Assembly: GCA_045652205.1 (NCBI GenBank)
Contig: JAZRTX010000012.1
Coordinates: 605-64,604 of the forward strand
Reading direction: 5' to 3'
Length of the DNA stretch: 64,000 nt
Origin: Clostridia bacterium
Lineage (GTDB): Bacteria; Bacillota; Clostridia; Christensenellales; QALW01
The position numbers were made by a program, and so were the translations under genes. This document shows, piece by piece, positions 30,263 to 41,013 of the stretch (position 1 is the stretch's first letter; each line of letters opens with the position of its first letter). The notes under the pieces are model-generated. The model was not told the DNA's origin. It ran no database searches and was given only the letters and a program-made list of their open reading frames with translations.

Positions 30263-31807
30263 TTATTTTGCATATTCAACCATTCTGGTTTCGCGCACAA
30301 CGTTTACCTTGATCTGACCGGGGTAAACCATATCGGTTTCTATGCGCTTTGCAATATCCTTTGCCATAAATACGGTTGCTTCTTCGGAAACAACTTCGGG
30401 CTTAACGATAATGCGGATTTCCCTACCTGCCTGAACTGCAAATGAACGTTCAACACCGTTAAAGGAGTTTGCAATTTCTTCAAGCTGTTCAAGACGCTTA
30501 ATGTAAGCTTCAAGCGTTTCTCTTCTTGCGCCGGGGCGTGCACCTGAAATAGCGTCAGCCGCCTGAACAAGAACTGCTTCAACAGTCTGAGGTTCAACGT
30601 CATTATGGTGGGCGGCGATACAATGAATAACCTCATTATTTTCACGGTATTTCTTTGCTAAATCAACACCGATCTGAATGTGAGTGCCTTCAATTTCGTG
30701 GTCAACCGCTTTACCAATATCGTGCAACAAGCCTGCGCGCTTTGCCAAAGTAACGTCAGCACCGATTTCGCTTGCCAAAAGACCTGCGATATAGGAAACT
30801 TCCAATGAATGCTTTAACACGTTCTGACCGTAGCTTGTACGGTATTTAAGCCTACCTAAAATCTTAACAAGTTCAGGGTGAATGTTGTGAATGCCTGCAT
30901 CAAATACTGTGGCTTCACCGGCTTCTTTAATCTGCTGTTCAACCTCTTTACGAGCTTTTTCAACCATATCTTCAATACGGGTGGGATGGATTCTTCCATC
31001 AACGATAAGCCTTTCAAGAGCAATTCGGGCAATATCCCTTCTAACAGGATCAAAAGATGAAAGGATAACTGCTTCGGGAGTATCGTCAATAATAAGTTCA
31101 ACACCCGTTGCGGTTTCAATAGCCTTAATGTTTCTACCTTCCCTACCGATGATACGGCCTTTCATTTCATCGTTTGGAAGAGCTACAACTGAAACTGTTG
31201 TTTCGGCAACGTGGTCAGCGGCGCAACGCTGAATTGCCATTGTAATAATGTTTCTTGCAATTTTTTCGCCATCGTTTTTAGCCTGTGTTTCAATTTCCTT
31301 TACCTTTAAAGCGGCATCGTGGCGTGCTTCGTTTTCTACTGTTTCAATTAAGGATTGCTTTGCTTCTTCAGCAGAAAGCCCTGCAACCTTTTCTAATTCC
31401 TTAACCCTGCGCTTGTTTAATTCTTCAGCGGCGGCAAGGTCTTCTTCAAGTTCCTTTTCTTTAACAGAAATTCTTTCTTCTTTTGCTTCAATAGATGCAA
31501 GCTTGCGATCCATTTGTTCTTCTCTTTGGATAACGCGCTTTTCTAACTTTGAAACTTCGTTTCTACGTTCTTTACATTCTGCATCACAATCGCTACGTAA
31601 GCGGTGAACTTCTTCTTTTGCTTCGGAAATTCTTTCTTTTGAAAGGAATTCCGCTCTGCTTTTTGCGTCTTCAAGAATGCGGTTAGCAGCTTCTTCAGCC
31701 CTGCCCATTCTTGCTTCAATTGTCCGTTTTTGTATTAAACTGCCAATAACAAGCCCGATAACAAGGGTTGCAACGGCAATAACTATACCTAACCATAATT
31801 GTATCAT
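30263..31807 (-). CDS. rny: Ribonuclease Y
   Basis: N-terminal TM, coiled coil, KH ([10 protein letters not shown]), HD (LLHDIGK). Confidence 0.98.
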   Translation of the reverse strand: MIQLWLGIVIAVATLVIGLVIGSLIQKRTIEARMGRAEEAANRILEDAKSRAEFLSKERISEAKEEVHRLRSDCDAECKERRNEVSKLEKRVIQREEQMDRKLASIEAKEERISVKEKELEEDLAAAEELNKRRVKELEKVAGLSAEEAKQSLIETVENEARHDAALKVKEIETQAKNDGEKIARNIITMAIQRCAADHVAETTVSVVALPNDEMKGRIIGREGRNIKAIETATGVELIIDDTPEAVILSSFDPVRRDIARIALERLIVDGRIHPTRIEDMVEKARKEVEQQIKEAGEATVFDAGIHNIHPELVKILGRLKYRTSYGQNVLKHSLEVSYIAGLLASEIGADVTLAKRAGLLHDIGKAVDHEIEGTHIQIGVDLAKKYRENNEVIHCIAAHHNDVEPQTVEAVLVQAADAISGARPGARRETLEAYIKRLEQLEEIANSFNGVERSFAVQAGREIRIIVKPEVVSEEATVFMAKDIAKRIETDMVYPGQIKVNVVRETRMVEYAK

Positions 31808-31955
31808 CTTTAAACACCTCCTGTTTTAATTTTTTAGATTATACGAAATTTATTTTAAACAAACAAAAATTGAAAATATTTCCGCTGATATCATTATACA
31901 GTATAAACCTGCGAATGTCAACAATATATGTAGGGATATTCATACGAAAAACAAC

Positions 31956-31987
31956 AAAAAGAACCCGACAAAAATCGGGTTCAGTTT
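31956..31987 (-). repeat. 32-bp direct repeat, copy 1 (terminator)
   Basis: AAAAAGAACCCGACAAAAATCGGGTTCAGTTT identical to 35015-35046. Confidence 0.9.
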
Positions 31988-31999
31988 GTTTAATTTTAT

Positions 32000-32854
32000 T
32001 TATTCAACAGGTATAACCATTTCAAGCAATTCACCCATATGCCCTTCGTATTCACCTACAACGTTAACCGCCGTAACTGACATTTGGCATATTATAGCGC
32101 GCTTGCCGTCTTTTAATATTGTTAAAGTATATTCAGGCTCACCATAATCAAGTCGGTCATAATTATCTTTTTTATCACTATAAATAGAATCTACCTTCGT
32201 TATTACTGCCTGTTTAATTTGTTCAAAATCAATATCATCTGTTTTTGTGTTAACGGGCACCCTATCCAGCATAAATGCCGAATACGAATATATGCTTCCA
32301 TCATAATTAACGCTTACCCTTATCTGATCTGTTGTTTTGATTCCATTTATATATTTTATAAAAGTTACTTTATAACAATCATTTTTAGTTTCATCAACAA
32401 CTTCAACAGTATATGGCGTTATATCAACTATATCTTTTAAAAATTCCTTTGCCTTTTGCATACATTCTTCTTGCGAAAGAACGTTTTGCGTTACCTTTGT
32501 ATCCGAATTAAAATAAAAAACCGGTTTTCCATTTTCATCAACGCTGAACTCAGCACCGTTGCTGGTTCTATATTCAAACTCAGGATAATAATTATATGCT
32601 TTAAATCTTGTTTCCCTATAGTTACCGATAAATTCTTTGTCTTGTACCTTTACGTTTTTTTGTTCCTGAATTTTTATATTTTTATATTTTTCAGTATCCG
32701 CAAAATCATATTCCTTTTGCTTTTTGCCCGAACCGATTGAATCTGAGAAGTCATACAATAACGCAACGTAAGAATTTTCATCCGTTTGTAGATTACACCC
32801 TACAAAGCAAAAAAACAAAACAATCAGCATTATACAGCAATATATTTTTTTCAT
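32000..32854 (-). CDS. Lipoprotein with PepSY/YcdB-like region
   Basis: Lipobox FVGC; LSQEECMQKAKEFL...YKVTF...INGI...VSVN-DGSIYSY. Confidence 0.6.
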   Translation of the reverse strand: MKKIYCCIMLIVLFFCFVGCNLQTDENSYVALLYDFSDSIGSGKKQKEYDFADTEKYKNIKIQEQKNVKVQDKEFIGNYRETRFKAYNYYPEFEYRTSNGAEFSVDENGKPVFYFNSDTKVTQNVLSQEECMQKAKEFLKDIVDITPYTVEVVDETKNDCYKVTFIKYINGIKTTDQIRVSVNYDGSIYSYSAFMLDRVPVNTKTDDIDFEQIKQAVITKVDSIYSDKKDNYDRLDYGEPEYTLTILKDGKRAIICQMSVTAVNVVGEYEGHMGELLEMVIPVE

Positions 32855-32872
32855 AAAAACTCCTCCCCCTTT

Positions 32873-34756
32873 TTAATACAATGTAATGTTTTCATCACCG
32901 CATATAACCACGCTTTGAATATTGCTTTCTTTAGAAAATCTATCACACGCGGTTTCGACAGCATCTTTTAACGTTTCTCCTAAAATCAATTGTTTGTACA
33001 CAAGTTTTGTCCATTCATTAGCTTCACTACAAAGAATTTCTTCTTCAAATCCAATTGCCGCCGTAGCTCCTTGCTCAACCACTCGTGTTGGAAGGTTATT
33101 TGCTCCTGCGCCACCTTTCGCTGTGTGGCATGCAATAAACATTGCAATGCGTACTTCTGAAAAATTATCTTGTACAGATATATTTTCAAATGTTGACTCA
33201 TCAAAGCAATAATGACTAAATAAAATTGATTTATCTTCAAACTCTTCTTCATCATTCAAAACTATTCCTGTCGCCACTACAATAGATGAATCGCTACCAC
33301 TAACAACAAGCTGGCCATGACTGCGACTTGTAAAAACATCATATTTAAGTAAATCTTCTTTACAATCTAATGCCGCAAAATTACCTTCTTTAAAAGCAAC
33401 AGCATCAATGCCCACATCTGCTAATTGTCCTTTAACATTATTTAGGGCAGAAGAGTGATCATGTCCAAAGTTGCTTATACCGTAAAAAACAACACTATAA
33501 GTTTCTAATTCCCACTGCCCTTTTTCTTGATTATTAAGGTTGCTATAATTTCTATATTCTATATTTCTTCCATCAGCTCCTATGCCTTCGCCAACAGCCA
33601 TACTCCAATCTATATTTGCATCTATTGCAACTTTAGGCATTATTTTAAAATTGCCGTTATCAAGTTGTTCAATTCTCCATTTTTGTGTGTTTGTACCTAT
33701 ATATTCTGATACTTCTAACGCTACATTTGCATGTTCGGTATCAACAACAGTAATAGCCTTGCCTCCTGATACGCAAGTTATTTTGTAATAGCCCTCGCCA
33801 ACATACGTAATATCCCATCGTTGCTCATCATTTCCATCAAACCCCCAAGCTTCAACTATTACACCTCCATCATCATCAAGTTGCGTATAGTTATCAAGTC
33901 GCACGTTCTTTATAAAATATTGCCCATCTTCAATGCTCTTTACATCAATATCGCAAAATTCAACTTCAGTATTATTATAAATAATAGTTATAGTTGTTTT
34001 CCCTGGCGAAATAGCACGTACAATTCCATTTCCGTCAACGGTAGCAACATTCGGTCTAGACGATTCAAATACTAAATTATTATATCTATTCAAATCTAAA
34101 ATAAGTCTATCACCCACAAACAATGTTGCTTCAGTTGGTATTACTGTCAACGGATCGACTTTCTCTATTCTTACATTATCAATATAAATATTTTGATTTG
34201 CAGTTGGTGTGATAAAATCAAAGCAAAGGTTAAACAAGTCGCTTTCATCGCTTATGTCAACACTATCTACTACAAACGAACCCGTAAAATAATGCCACTG
34301 ATTTTCAACGAACTTTACTGTTGAAGTTAACTTGCAATAATAGTTTCCATTACTCCTAGGCAATATAAAGGTATTTGGTTGATTTCCTCTAATTAACAAA
34401 TGACCGTATTCGCCGCCATCTACTAATTTATCAACAAGTACCGCCATATTGACCATGTAAACACCAGGTCCACCCTGCTTTATAATATTATATATATTTA
34501 TCGCAGGTGAATCCCAGCTGTGTGTTCTTCCTGATATTTTTAAAGATTTGTTTCCTGTATATGCCTGTTCATTTGTTACGGAAAGCTGTCCGCTCCAAGG
34601 GGAATACCAGCCTGTACGCGTACCATCTTCAAAGCCGTAAAACCGGTTTTCAAAATCAACTGCTTGTACTGCAATATTTTGTAATAACGGCATTACAAGG
34701 CAAGCAATAAGCAATAATACAACTATTTTAAATGATAATGTTTTAGTTCTTTGCAT
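32873..34756 (-). CDS. Secreted CBM4/9-Ig-like-ricin-B protein with putative His/Cys peptidase domain
   Basis: Signal peptide; GFEDG...AYTGNKSLK...YIDNV; SSRPNVATVD; QRW/QKW/GQW repeats; SRSHG and FIAC. Confidence 0.7.
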   Translation of the reverse strand: MQRTKTLSFKIVVLLLIACLVMPLLQNIAVQAVDFENRFYGFEDGTRTGWYSPWSGQLSVTNEQAYTGNKSLKISGRTHSWDSPAINIYNIIKQGGPGVYMVNMAVLVDKLVDGGEYGHLLIRGNQPNTFILPRSNGNYYCKLTSTVKFVENQWHYFTGSFVVDSVDISDESDLFNLCFDFITPTANQNIYIDNVRIEKVDPLTVIPTEATLFVGDRLILDLNRYNNLVFESSRPNVATVDGNGIVRAISPGKTTITIIYNNTEVEFCDIDVKSIEDGQYFIKNVRLDNYTQLDDDGGVIVEAWGFDGNDEQRWDITYVGEGYYKITCVSGGKAITVVDTEHANVALEVSEYIGTNTQKWRIEQLDNGNFKIMPKVAIDANIDWSMAVGEGIGADGRNIEYRNYSNLNNQEKGQWELETYSVVFYGISNFGHDHSSALNNVKGQLADVGIDAVAFKEGNFAALDCKEDLLKYDVFTSRSHGQLVVSGSDSSIVVATGIVLNDEEEFEDKSILFSHYCFDESTFENISVQDNFSEVRIAMFIACHTAKGGAGANNLPTRVVEQGATAAIGFEEEILCSEANEWTKLVYKQLILGETLKDAVETACDRFSKESNIQSVVICGDENITLY

Positions 34757-34857
34757 AATATATGTTCCTTTCGTTTTTTGATTGTTTTATTAGCATAAAG
34801 GTACATTGTGCATTGGACTCACCCCCTTTTTTGATGCACCTTTGCTTGTTTTACCAT

Positions 34858-34887
34858 ATTTTACCATATATTACCATTTTTTGTCAA
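34858..34887 (-). promoter_or_regulatory. SigA promoter overlapped by three 10-bp TTACCAT repeats
   Basis: TTGACA-18-TAAAAT; repeats begin at 34851, 34861, 34871. Confidence 0.6.
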
Positions 34888-35014
34888 TAGTAAAAAAGTA
34901 AAAATTTAACAGTTAGCAAAGAACAATCGGCGATGATTCCTTATGTGAACTAAAACATATTTGCTCTCTTTATTTTAATTTTACCACTTTGATTATCTGT
35001 TTGTCAATACACGA

Positions 35015-35046
35015 AAAAAGAACCCGACAAAAATCGGGTTCAGTTT
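35015..35046 (-). repeat. 32-bp direct repeat, copy 2 (terminator of the GH2 operon)
   Basis: Identical to 31956-31987. Confidence 0.9.
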
Positions 35047-35052
35047 TTATTT

Positions 35053-37389
35053 TTAAAATCCTTCTAAATCTTTATAAAAATCGGCTTTTTTCATAAATGC
35101 GATATAATCGTTTAATTTTATTTTATCGCCTATTGCACCTGTAAAGTGGTTAATGCCTGTTTGTTCGCCATTCCACTTAATAATATAGTATTCACCATTT
35201 TGTTCCTTGAACGCGCCTATTTCTATCTTTTCATCGGGGTTAACTGAAACGGTGCCTTTAAGCATTGTTTTATTTGTTTTTGCTTCGGTAACAACGTAAT
35301 TAACGGTTGCGGGATTTCTTGTGTCGTTTATGGCACAAAGGGTGATTTCACCGTTTTTATCAGGCTCATCACACATTAAGGCAAATGGCTGTTGGCTACG
35401 CTTTATGTAGCTATACGCAAGCTTTTTAGTGCCGTACCAATCAACTATTGCATCGGAAATCTGCGGCCAGCCGTCAATGATATTCCACCACAAAATGCCC
35501 CAACGGTAATTTTTTTGGATGCGGAAATGTTCAATAAAGAATTTAACTGCTTCCCCTTGGGAAATCTGGCTTTTAAGGGCATATTCAGAAATATCACCTA
35601 TTTCACCGTCAAAAAGACGTTCAATCTGCGCCGTCATTAACGGAATACGGTAAGCGTAAATTCCGTTAACATCAGTATTCATTCCTGAAGCGTGCACAAG
35701 CCATTGGGGGTCAGTGCAAATTTTACTATCTCCTACGTTTTTAAGGTTTTCTTCATTCATAAACTTACGTAAGCTTTGGGGGCTTGGGCAACCGTGATAG
35801 CCTGTTTCAGATGCAAAATGGCATTTTGAATCTAAATTATAATAATCGCCCTTAAAGTAATCCCTTGGGCCCCAAAGGTGATCTTCACTGGGATTACCGT
35901 TAATAAAAGCAATTTCATCTAAATAAGGTGAAGACGGCAAGAATGAGTGAACGTTATCAAGGCGGGAAATAACAGAAGGTAAAACTTCCCTTGTTATTTT
36001 ATTGTTGTTGGGGTTAGATTGATGGAAATTATCTTCCTTAAAGCTGATTCTATCCCAAACGTACATACCATCGCATTCATTATCACCTGACCAAAGGGCA
36101 AGGCAGGTGCGGTTGCGAAGGCGTTTTACAATATATTCGGCTTCTTCTTTGATTAAAGATAAAAATCTTTCGTCATTTGGATAGATGGCGCAAGCCATTG
36201 AAAAATCCTGCCAAACCAAAATGCCGTTTTTATCGCAGAAATCATAAAATGCTTCTTCGGGGTAAACGTTACCGCCCCAACAACGAATCATATTGCAGTT
36301 AAGATCGTTTACCATTTCTAATCCGCGCATCGTGTATTCCTTATGGCGCGATGGGAAAGCATCAGTTGGCACCCAGTTTGTGCCAAGGCACATAATTGGC
36401 TTGCCGTTTACTATAAAACGGAACGTTCCGTTTTCCCCTGCTTGAGAAGTACGTTCCAACAAAACTGTGCGAATACCTAATTTCAAATTAACGCTATCAC
36501 AAGTTTCACCCTTATATAAAAGTGAAATGGTAACGTCGTAAAGTTCAGGCTCGCCATAGTTTTTGGGCCACCATAATTTTGGGTTTGCAATATTTATGTG
36601 AAGCTTTTTATTTACGCCAAAGGCTTGTTCGCAACTTGTAAAGGTGCTATCTTTGCACTTGCCTTCAACTAAAATTGCAAAATCCCTTAAATCGTCTTCC
36701 TGGGTGGTAAAGGAAATATCCAAAGTGATTTCGGCTTCGTTTTCAAAAATCTTGGTGGTGCTTAAACGGTAATCCTTAATCCTACTTTTATTCTTGTAAA
36801 CGACGCTTACAGGCTTCCAAAGTCCCCCTGAAACAATACGGGGCATTATATCCCAACCATACATATACGGCGCTTTACGGATTAAAAGGGAATCAAGGTT
36901 ATATTTTAAGCCTCTGCATTTAGGGTCTAATGGAATATCGCGGGTATAAACGCTTGCAGGAATAATATGTACCATAACTTCGTGCTTGCCTATATCAAAC
37001 CCATCAAGAGAGTATTCGTAAGGTATAAGCATATTTTCTGAAAAAGCAAAAAATTCCCCGTCAATAAAAATCTCTGCGGCGGTATCAATGCCTTCAAACA
37101 GAATAAACGCATCTTTATCCGTTTCTTTGATTTCAAAATCCGCAAAATACCATAAATGCGTGCTTTCGTACTTTTGTGTTTCTAAAACGTTTACGCCAAA
37201 ATAAAGATTTTCAGGCAATAATCCTGCCTTAATGAAATCTATTTCAAAATTCCCGGGAACTGTTGCATTTAATACGGGAACGCGGGAATCTTCAATATCC
37301 CTTTTTGTTACAGGATAAAAATCACTTTTTGCATATTCACTATGGTTCATATAGGCTAAACGCCAGTTTGTAATGTTTACTTTTTCCAT
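35053..37389 (-). CDS. GH2 beta-mannosidase-like glycoside hydrolase
   Basis: FEGIDT, RKAPYMYGWD, LWWP, NMIRCWGG, WSGDNE, SETG. Confidence 0.9.
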   Translation of the reverse strand: MEKVNITNWRLAYMNHSEYAKSDFYPVTKRDIEDSRVPVLNATVPGNFEIDFIKAGLLPENLYFGVNVLETQKYESTHLWYFADFEIKETDKDAFILFEGIDTAAEIFIDGEFFAFSENMLIPYEYSLDGFDIGKHEVMVHIIPASVYTRDIPLDPKCRGLKYNLDSLLIRKAPYMYGWDIMPRIVSGGLWKPVSVVYKNKSRIKDYRLSTTKIFENEAEITLDISFTTQEDDLRDFAILVEGKCKDSTFTSCEQAFGVNKKLHINIANPKLWWPKNYGEPELYDVTISLLYKGETCDSVNLKLGIRTVLLERTSQAGENGTFRFIVNGKPIMCLGTNWVPTDAFPSRHKEYTMRGLEMVNDLNCNMIRCWGGNVYPEEAFYDFCDKNGILVWQDFSMACAIYPNDERFLSLIKEEAEYIVKRLRNRTCLALWSGDNECDGMYVWDRISFKEDNFHQSNPNNNKITREVLPSVISRLDNVHSFLPSSPYLDEIAFINGNPSEDHLWGPRDYFKGDYYNLDSKCHFASETGYHGCPSPQSLRKFMNEENLKNVGDSKICTDPQWLVHASGMNTDVNGIYAYRIPLMTAQIERLFDGEIGDISEYALKSQISQGEAVKFFIEHFRIQKNYRWGILWWNIIDGWPQISDAIVDWYGTKKLAYSYIKRSQQPFALMCDEPDKNGEITLCAINDTRNPATVNYVVTEAKTNKTMLKGTVSVNPDEKIEIGAFKEQNGEYYIIKWNGEQTGINHFTGAIGDKIKLNDYIAFMKKADFYKDLEGF

Positions 37390-37398
37390 TATTTTTCC

Positions 37399-38007
37399 TT
37401 ATTTATCAAAAAAGTTTTCTTCTACCTGCGCGCAGATAGCGTGGTAAACGGGAAGATGTAATTCCTGAATTTTAAAGGTTTCGTTTTCAGGAACAACGAT
37501 TGTAATATCACATAATTCCTTTAATAAACCGCCCGTTTTGCCCGTTAAGCCAATGGTGGTAATACCAAGAGCTTTTGCGCATTTAACTGCAAAAGAAACG
37601 TTTTTAGCGTTACCTGAGGTGGAAATACCCATTAAAACGTCGCCTTTTTTACCAAGTGCATTTACAAGCTGAGCATAGGTTAAATCGGGGTCAACATCAT
37701 TACAAAAAGCAGAACCTAATGCAGTTAAGCTTGCTAAGGGAATAGCGGGAATACCCTTTTGTAACTTTGATAAAATGCCTTCTTCAAGGTCAAGTTCGCC
37801 TTTTTCGTAGGGGCGCAATTTTAAAAAGCCTTTTAAAAATTCACCTGAAATATGCTCGCAATCGGAACAGCTTCCGCCGTTACCGCACAAAAGCAATTTT
37901 TTATCGTTTTTATGCATATCGCAAATAACGTTTATAGCGTCAATTATATCCTGCTTGTTTGTTTCAAGCACAGGGTATCTTTCAATAAGTTCGTTAACGT
38001 ATTTCAT
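37399..38007 (-). CDS. SIS-domain sugar-phosphate isomerase (GmhA-like)
   Basis: CGNGGS, ISTSGN, IQELH. Confidence 0.88.
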   Translation of the reverse strand: MKYVNELIERYPVLETNKQDIIDAINVICDMHKNDKKLLLCGNGGSCSDCEHISGEFLKGFLKLRPYEKGELDLEEGILSKLQKGIPAIPLASLTALGSAFCNDVDPDLTYAQLVNALGKKGDVLMGISTSGNAKNVSFAVKCAKALGITTIGLTGKTGGLLKELCDITIVVPENETFKIQELHLPVYHAICAQVEENFFDK

Positions 38008-38938
38008 CATAAACCTCCATCGCAACGGCTAATGCCGCTTTATCTCCAATTTCTTCCTGTAAAAGTGGCGGAACAACCTTGCACACTTTTCTTGATTGTG
38101 TAAGGGCTTCTTCATTAAGAACTTTGTTCATATAAGGTGCTAAAAGGTCTTCGCACCTTGCATAAACGCTACCTATAATAATTTTTTCGGGGTTTAATAA
38201 ATCTATCACTATTGAAAGACCAACGCCTAGCTTTCTGCCGCAAAGTTCAAAGGCTTTTAAAGCCGTTTTATCGCCTTTGCGCGCCCATTCAGCCATATCC
38301 TTAACTTCAAAATCGTCAATGTTATTATCCTTTATAAAAGGAACTTTTTCGCCCCTTTGAAGCGCTTCACGGGCAAAAGCTCTGCCAAGTTCTTTTAATC
38401 CACTGCCTGAACAAAAGCCTTCAAAGCTACCGCATTTGCCATATCCCGCAGGACCAAACTCACCTAAACGGATATGCCCAAGCTCCCCTGCGTTACCGTT
38501 GGTGCCTGAATAAAGTTTGCCGTTTAAAATTAAGCCTGCACCAAGCCCTGTGCCAAAAGTCATAAACACCATATTTTTAGTGCCCTTACCTGCGCCAAAG
38601 TACCATTCAGCCATAGCACAGGCGTTGGCATCATTCCTTACACCGCAAGGAACGTTTAACGCTTTTTCAAGCATTTCTTTTATTTTTATATTATCCCACC
38701 CAGGTAAATTAGGGGGTGAAAGTATAATACCCTGTTCTTCATCTAACGGACCGCCGCAGCTTACGCCACAGGCAAAAACTTTATTATCGCCTTTTATTTT
38801 TACAGCGGTTTCAATTATGTTTTTAACGGTTTCGTTTACTGTTGTAGTTAAAAACCGTTCCTTTTTTATAATATTACCCTGTTCATCGCCTAAGGTAATA
38901 GCACATTTTGTTCCGCCGATATCAACGCCTATAAACAT
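37994..38938 (-). CDS. ROK family sugar kinase
   Basis: GVDIGGTK, NDANA, GTGLGAG, GELGH. Confidence 0.92.
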   Translation of the reverse strand: MFIGVDIGGTKCAITLGDEQGNIIKKERFLTTTVNETVKNIIETAVKIKGDNKVFACGVSCGGPLDEEQGIILSPPNLPGWDNIKIKEMLEKALNVPCGVRNDANACAMAEWYFGAGKGTKNMVFMTFGTGLGAGLILNGKLYSGTNGNAGELGHIRLGEFGPAGYGKCGSFEGFCSGSGLKELGRAFAREALQRGEKVPFIKDNNIDDFEVKDMAEWARKGDKTALKAFELCGRKLGVGLSIVIDLLNPEKIIIGSVYARCEDLLAPYMNKVLNEEALTQSRKVCKVVPPLLQEEIGDKAALAVAMEVYDEIR

Positions 38939-39074
38939 TTAATTCACCTCGTATTTATTTTACACTTTAAAAAGCAATATTTCAATCTAAATTTTTAGAA
39001 TAATTCGCAATTTTTCAAGATTTTTATTGATTAAATTTATTTTTTGTTGTAAAATACTTTTGGTGAGTAATTTT

Positions 39075-39869
39075 ATGAAGAAAAAAGAGCCAAGATTAGA
39101 CAAAAACACCCATATCGGCAAAGACAAGCATCTTTCGGTAAAACGACGCTATTCACAGACCTTTCCTTTGCACGCCCACGATTATTTTGAGGTTGAAATT
39201 ATTTTAAGCGGCAAGGGTATTCAGTACATTAACGGCAAGAAGCAGGAATTAAAAAGAGGTAGCATTTCAATTTTAAGCCCTTCTGACTTTCACGAGGTTG
39301 TTGCCGAATCAGATAAATCCTTAATGGCGTGGAATATTTCTTTTGATGAAACCGTGCTTTCACAAGGTAGGCTTGAAGCCATCTTTTTAAAGGGATCAGG
39401 CTACACACGCGATTTAGATGAAGCCACCTTAAAAAAGATTGATACCGCCGCTGACCTTTTAATGAAAGAATCCAAGTGCGATGGTTGTATCCGCCCGTTA
39501 ACCGAATATCTTTTAACGCTTTTAATGGATAAAGAAGAAGTTTCTGATAATCTTGCACCTATGCGCAAGGCGATTTTGTATATTGAAACGCATTTCAGGG
39601 AAAATCCATCCTTAGCAGATGCGGCAAAGCAAGCCTGCCTTTCACCTGTTTACTTTGGCAATCTTTTTAAGCAGATTACAGGTAAAACTTATTTAGATTA
39701 TCTTAATTCCCGTAAAATCAACTGCGCGGCGATGCTTTTAGAAAGCGGTTTTTCCGTTGCAGAAGCCTGTTTTTCATCGGGATTCGGCTCACTTTCAGGC
39801 TTTTTACACACCTTTAAGCAAAAAATGGGAATGTCCCCTGAAAGTTATAAACAAGCACATAAAAAATAA
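39075..39869 (+). CDS. AraC family transcriptional regulator
   Basis: Cupin LHAHDYFE; C-terminal HTH SGFGS...FKQKMGMSP; divergent from the sugar operon. Confidence 0.92.
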   Translation: MKKKEPRLDKNTHIGKDKHLSVKRRYSQTFPLHAHDYFEVEIILSGKGIQYINGKKQELKRGSISILSPSDFHEVVAESDKSLMAWNISFDETVLSQGRLEAIFLKGSGYTRDLDEATLKKIDTAADLLMKESKCDGCIRPLTEYLLTLLMDKEEVSDNLAPMRKAILYIETHFRENPSLADAAKQACLSPVYFGNLFKQITGKTYLDYLNSRKINCAAMLLESGFSVAEACFSSGFGSLSGFLHTFKQKMGMSPESYKQAHKK

Positions 39870-40024
39870 AAAAAGATTTTTTATACAGCACAAAAGATTA
39901 ACTAAAGTTAGTTAGTCTTTTATTTTTTAATCTGTAACGGTTGATTTTTTTATTTACGTATGATATAATTAAACAAAATTTGCGGCGTGCTGCAAATTTA
40001 ATATTGAAACGGAGTTTTAATGAA

Positions 40025-40984
40025 ATGAACTTAAAATGTGCTTCCTTTTTTGCAGGCGTCGGCGGAATAGACAAAGGATTTGAATTAGCCGGATTTGAAA
40101 CGATTTTTGCCAATGAATTTGATCTAAACGCTTCCATTACATATAAAGCAAATTTCCCAAATGTTGAATTTGCTTTGAGCGATATCCGCAATTTAGATGA
40201 AAAAAAAGATATTCCTGATTTTGACATTATGCTTGCAGGTTTTCCTTGTCAAGCATTCTCCGTTGCGGGATATAGGCAAGGCTTTAATGACGAAAAAGGA
40301 CGAGGTAATTTGTTTTTTGAGCTTGCGCGTATTATTGAAGCAAAAAAACCTAAAGTGGTTTTTCTTGAAAATGTTAAAAACCTTGTTTCACACGACAACG
40401 GAAATACTTTTACTGTTATTAGTGAAACATTGGAAAAATTAGGATATTATATAAAACCGTTTGTACTGAACGCTTGTAATTATGGTAATATACCGCAAAC
40501 ACGGGAAAGGATTTATATTGTTTGTTTCAGGAACAAAGAGCATTATAGAAATTTCGAACACCTAAAACCTATAAAACTAGAAAAGACTCTCGCTGACTTA
40601 ATTGATTTTGAAAACAGACAAGATGACAAATATTATTATACAGAAAAATGTAATTTTTACGATAAGCTCGTTGAAGGTATTACAAAATCTGATACATGCT
40701 ATCAATGGCGCAGAGTTTACGTTAGAGAAAACAAAAGTAAAATGTGCCCAACACTCACAGCAAATATGGGAACAGGCGGGCACAATGTTCCTTTGATTAA
40801 AATGTACAATGGGGATATTAGAAAGCTAACGCCGAGAGAATGTTTTAACTTGCAAGGGTTTCCATGTGATTTTATTTTACCTGATAGTCTTTGTAATGGC
40901 GCATTATACAAACAGGCAGGTAATTCAGTAGTTGTAAGCGTAATACACAGAATTGCCGAAGAAATAAAAAATGCAATAAAATAA
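40025..40984 (+). CDS. DNA cytosine-C5 methyltransferase
   Basis: FAGVGG, GFPCQ, ENVKNL, QTRERIY, PTLTA, YKQAGNSV. Confidence 0.96.
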   Translation: MNLKCASFFAGVGGIDKGFELAGFETIFANEFDLNASITYKANFPNVEFALSDIRNLDEKKDIPDFDIMLAGFPCQAFSVAGYRQGFNDEKGRGNLFFELARIIEAKKPKVVFLENVKNLVSHDNGNTFTVISETLEKLGYYIKPFVLNACNYGNIPQTRERIYIVCFRNKEHYRNFEHLKPIKLEKTLADLIDFENRQDDKYYYTEKCNFYDKLVEGITKSDTCYQWRRVYVRENKSKMCPTLTANMGTGGHNVPLIKMYNGDIRKLTPRECFNLQGFPCDFILPDSLCNGALYKQAGNSVVVSVIHRIAEEIKNAIK

Positions 40985-41013
40985 AAAGGTGCATCTAATA
41001 GATGCGCCTTTTT
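40984..41013. terminator. Bidirectional terminator between M and R genes
   Basis: AAAAGGTGCATCTA/TAGATGCGCCTTTT. Confidence 0.75.
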
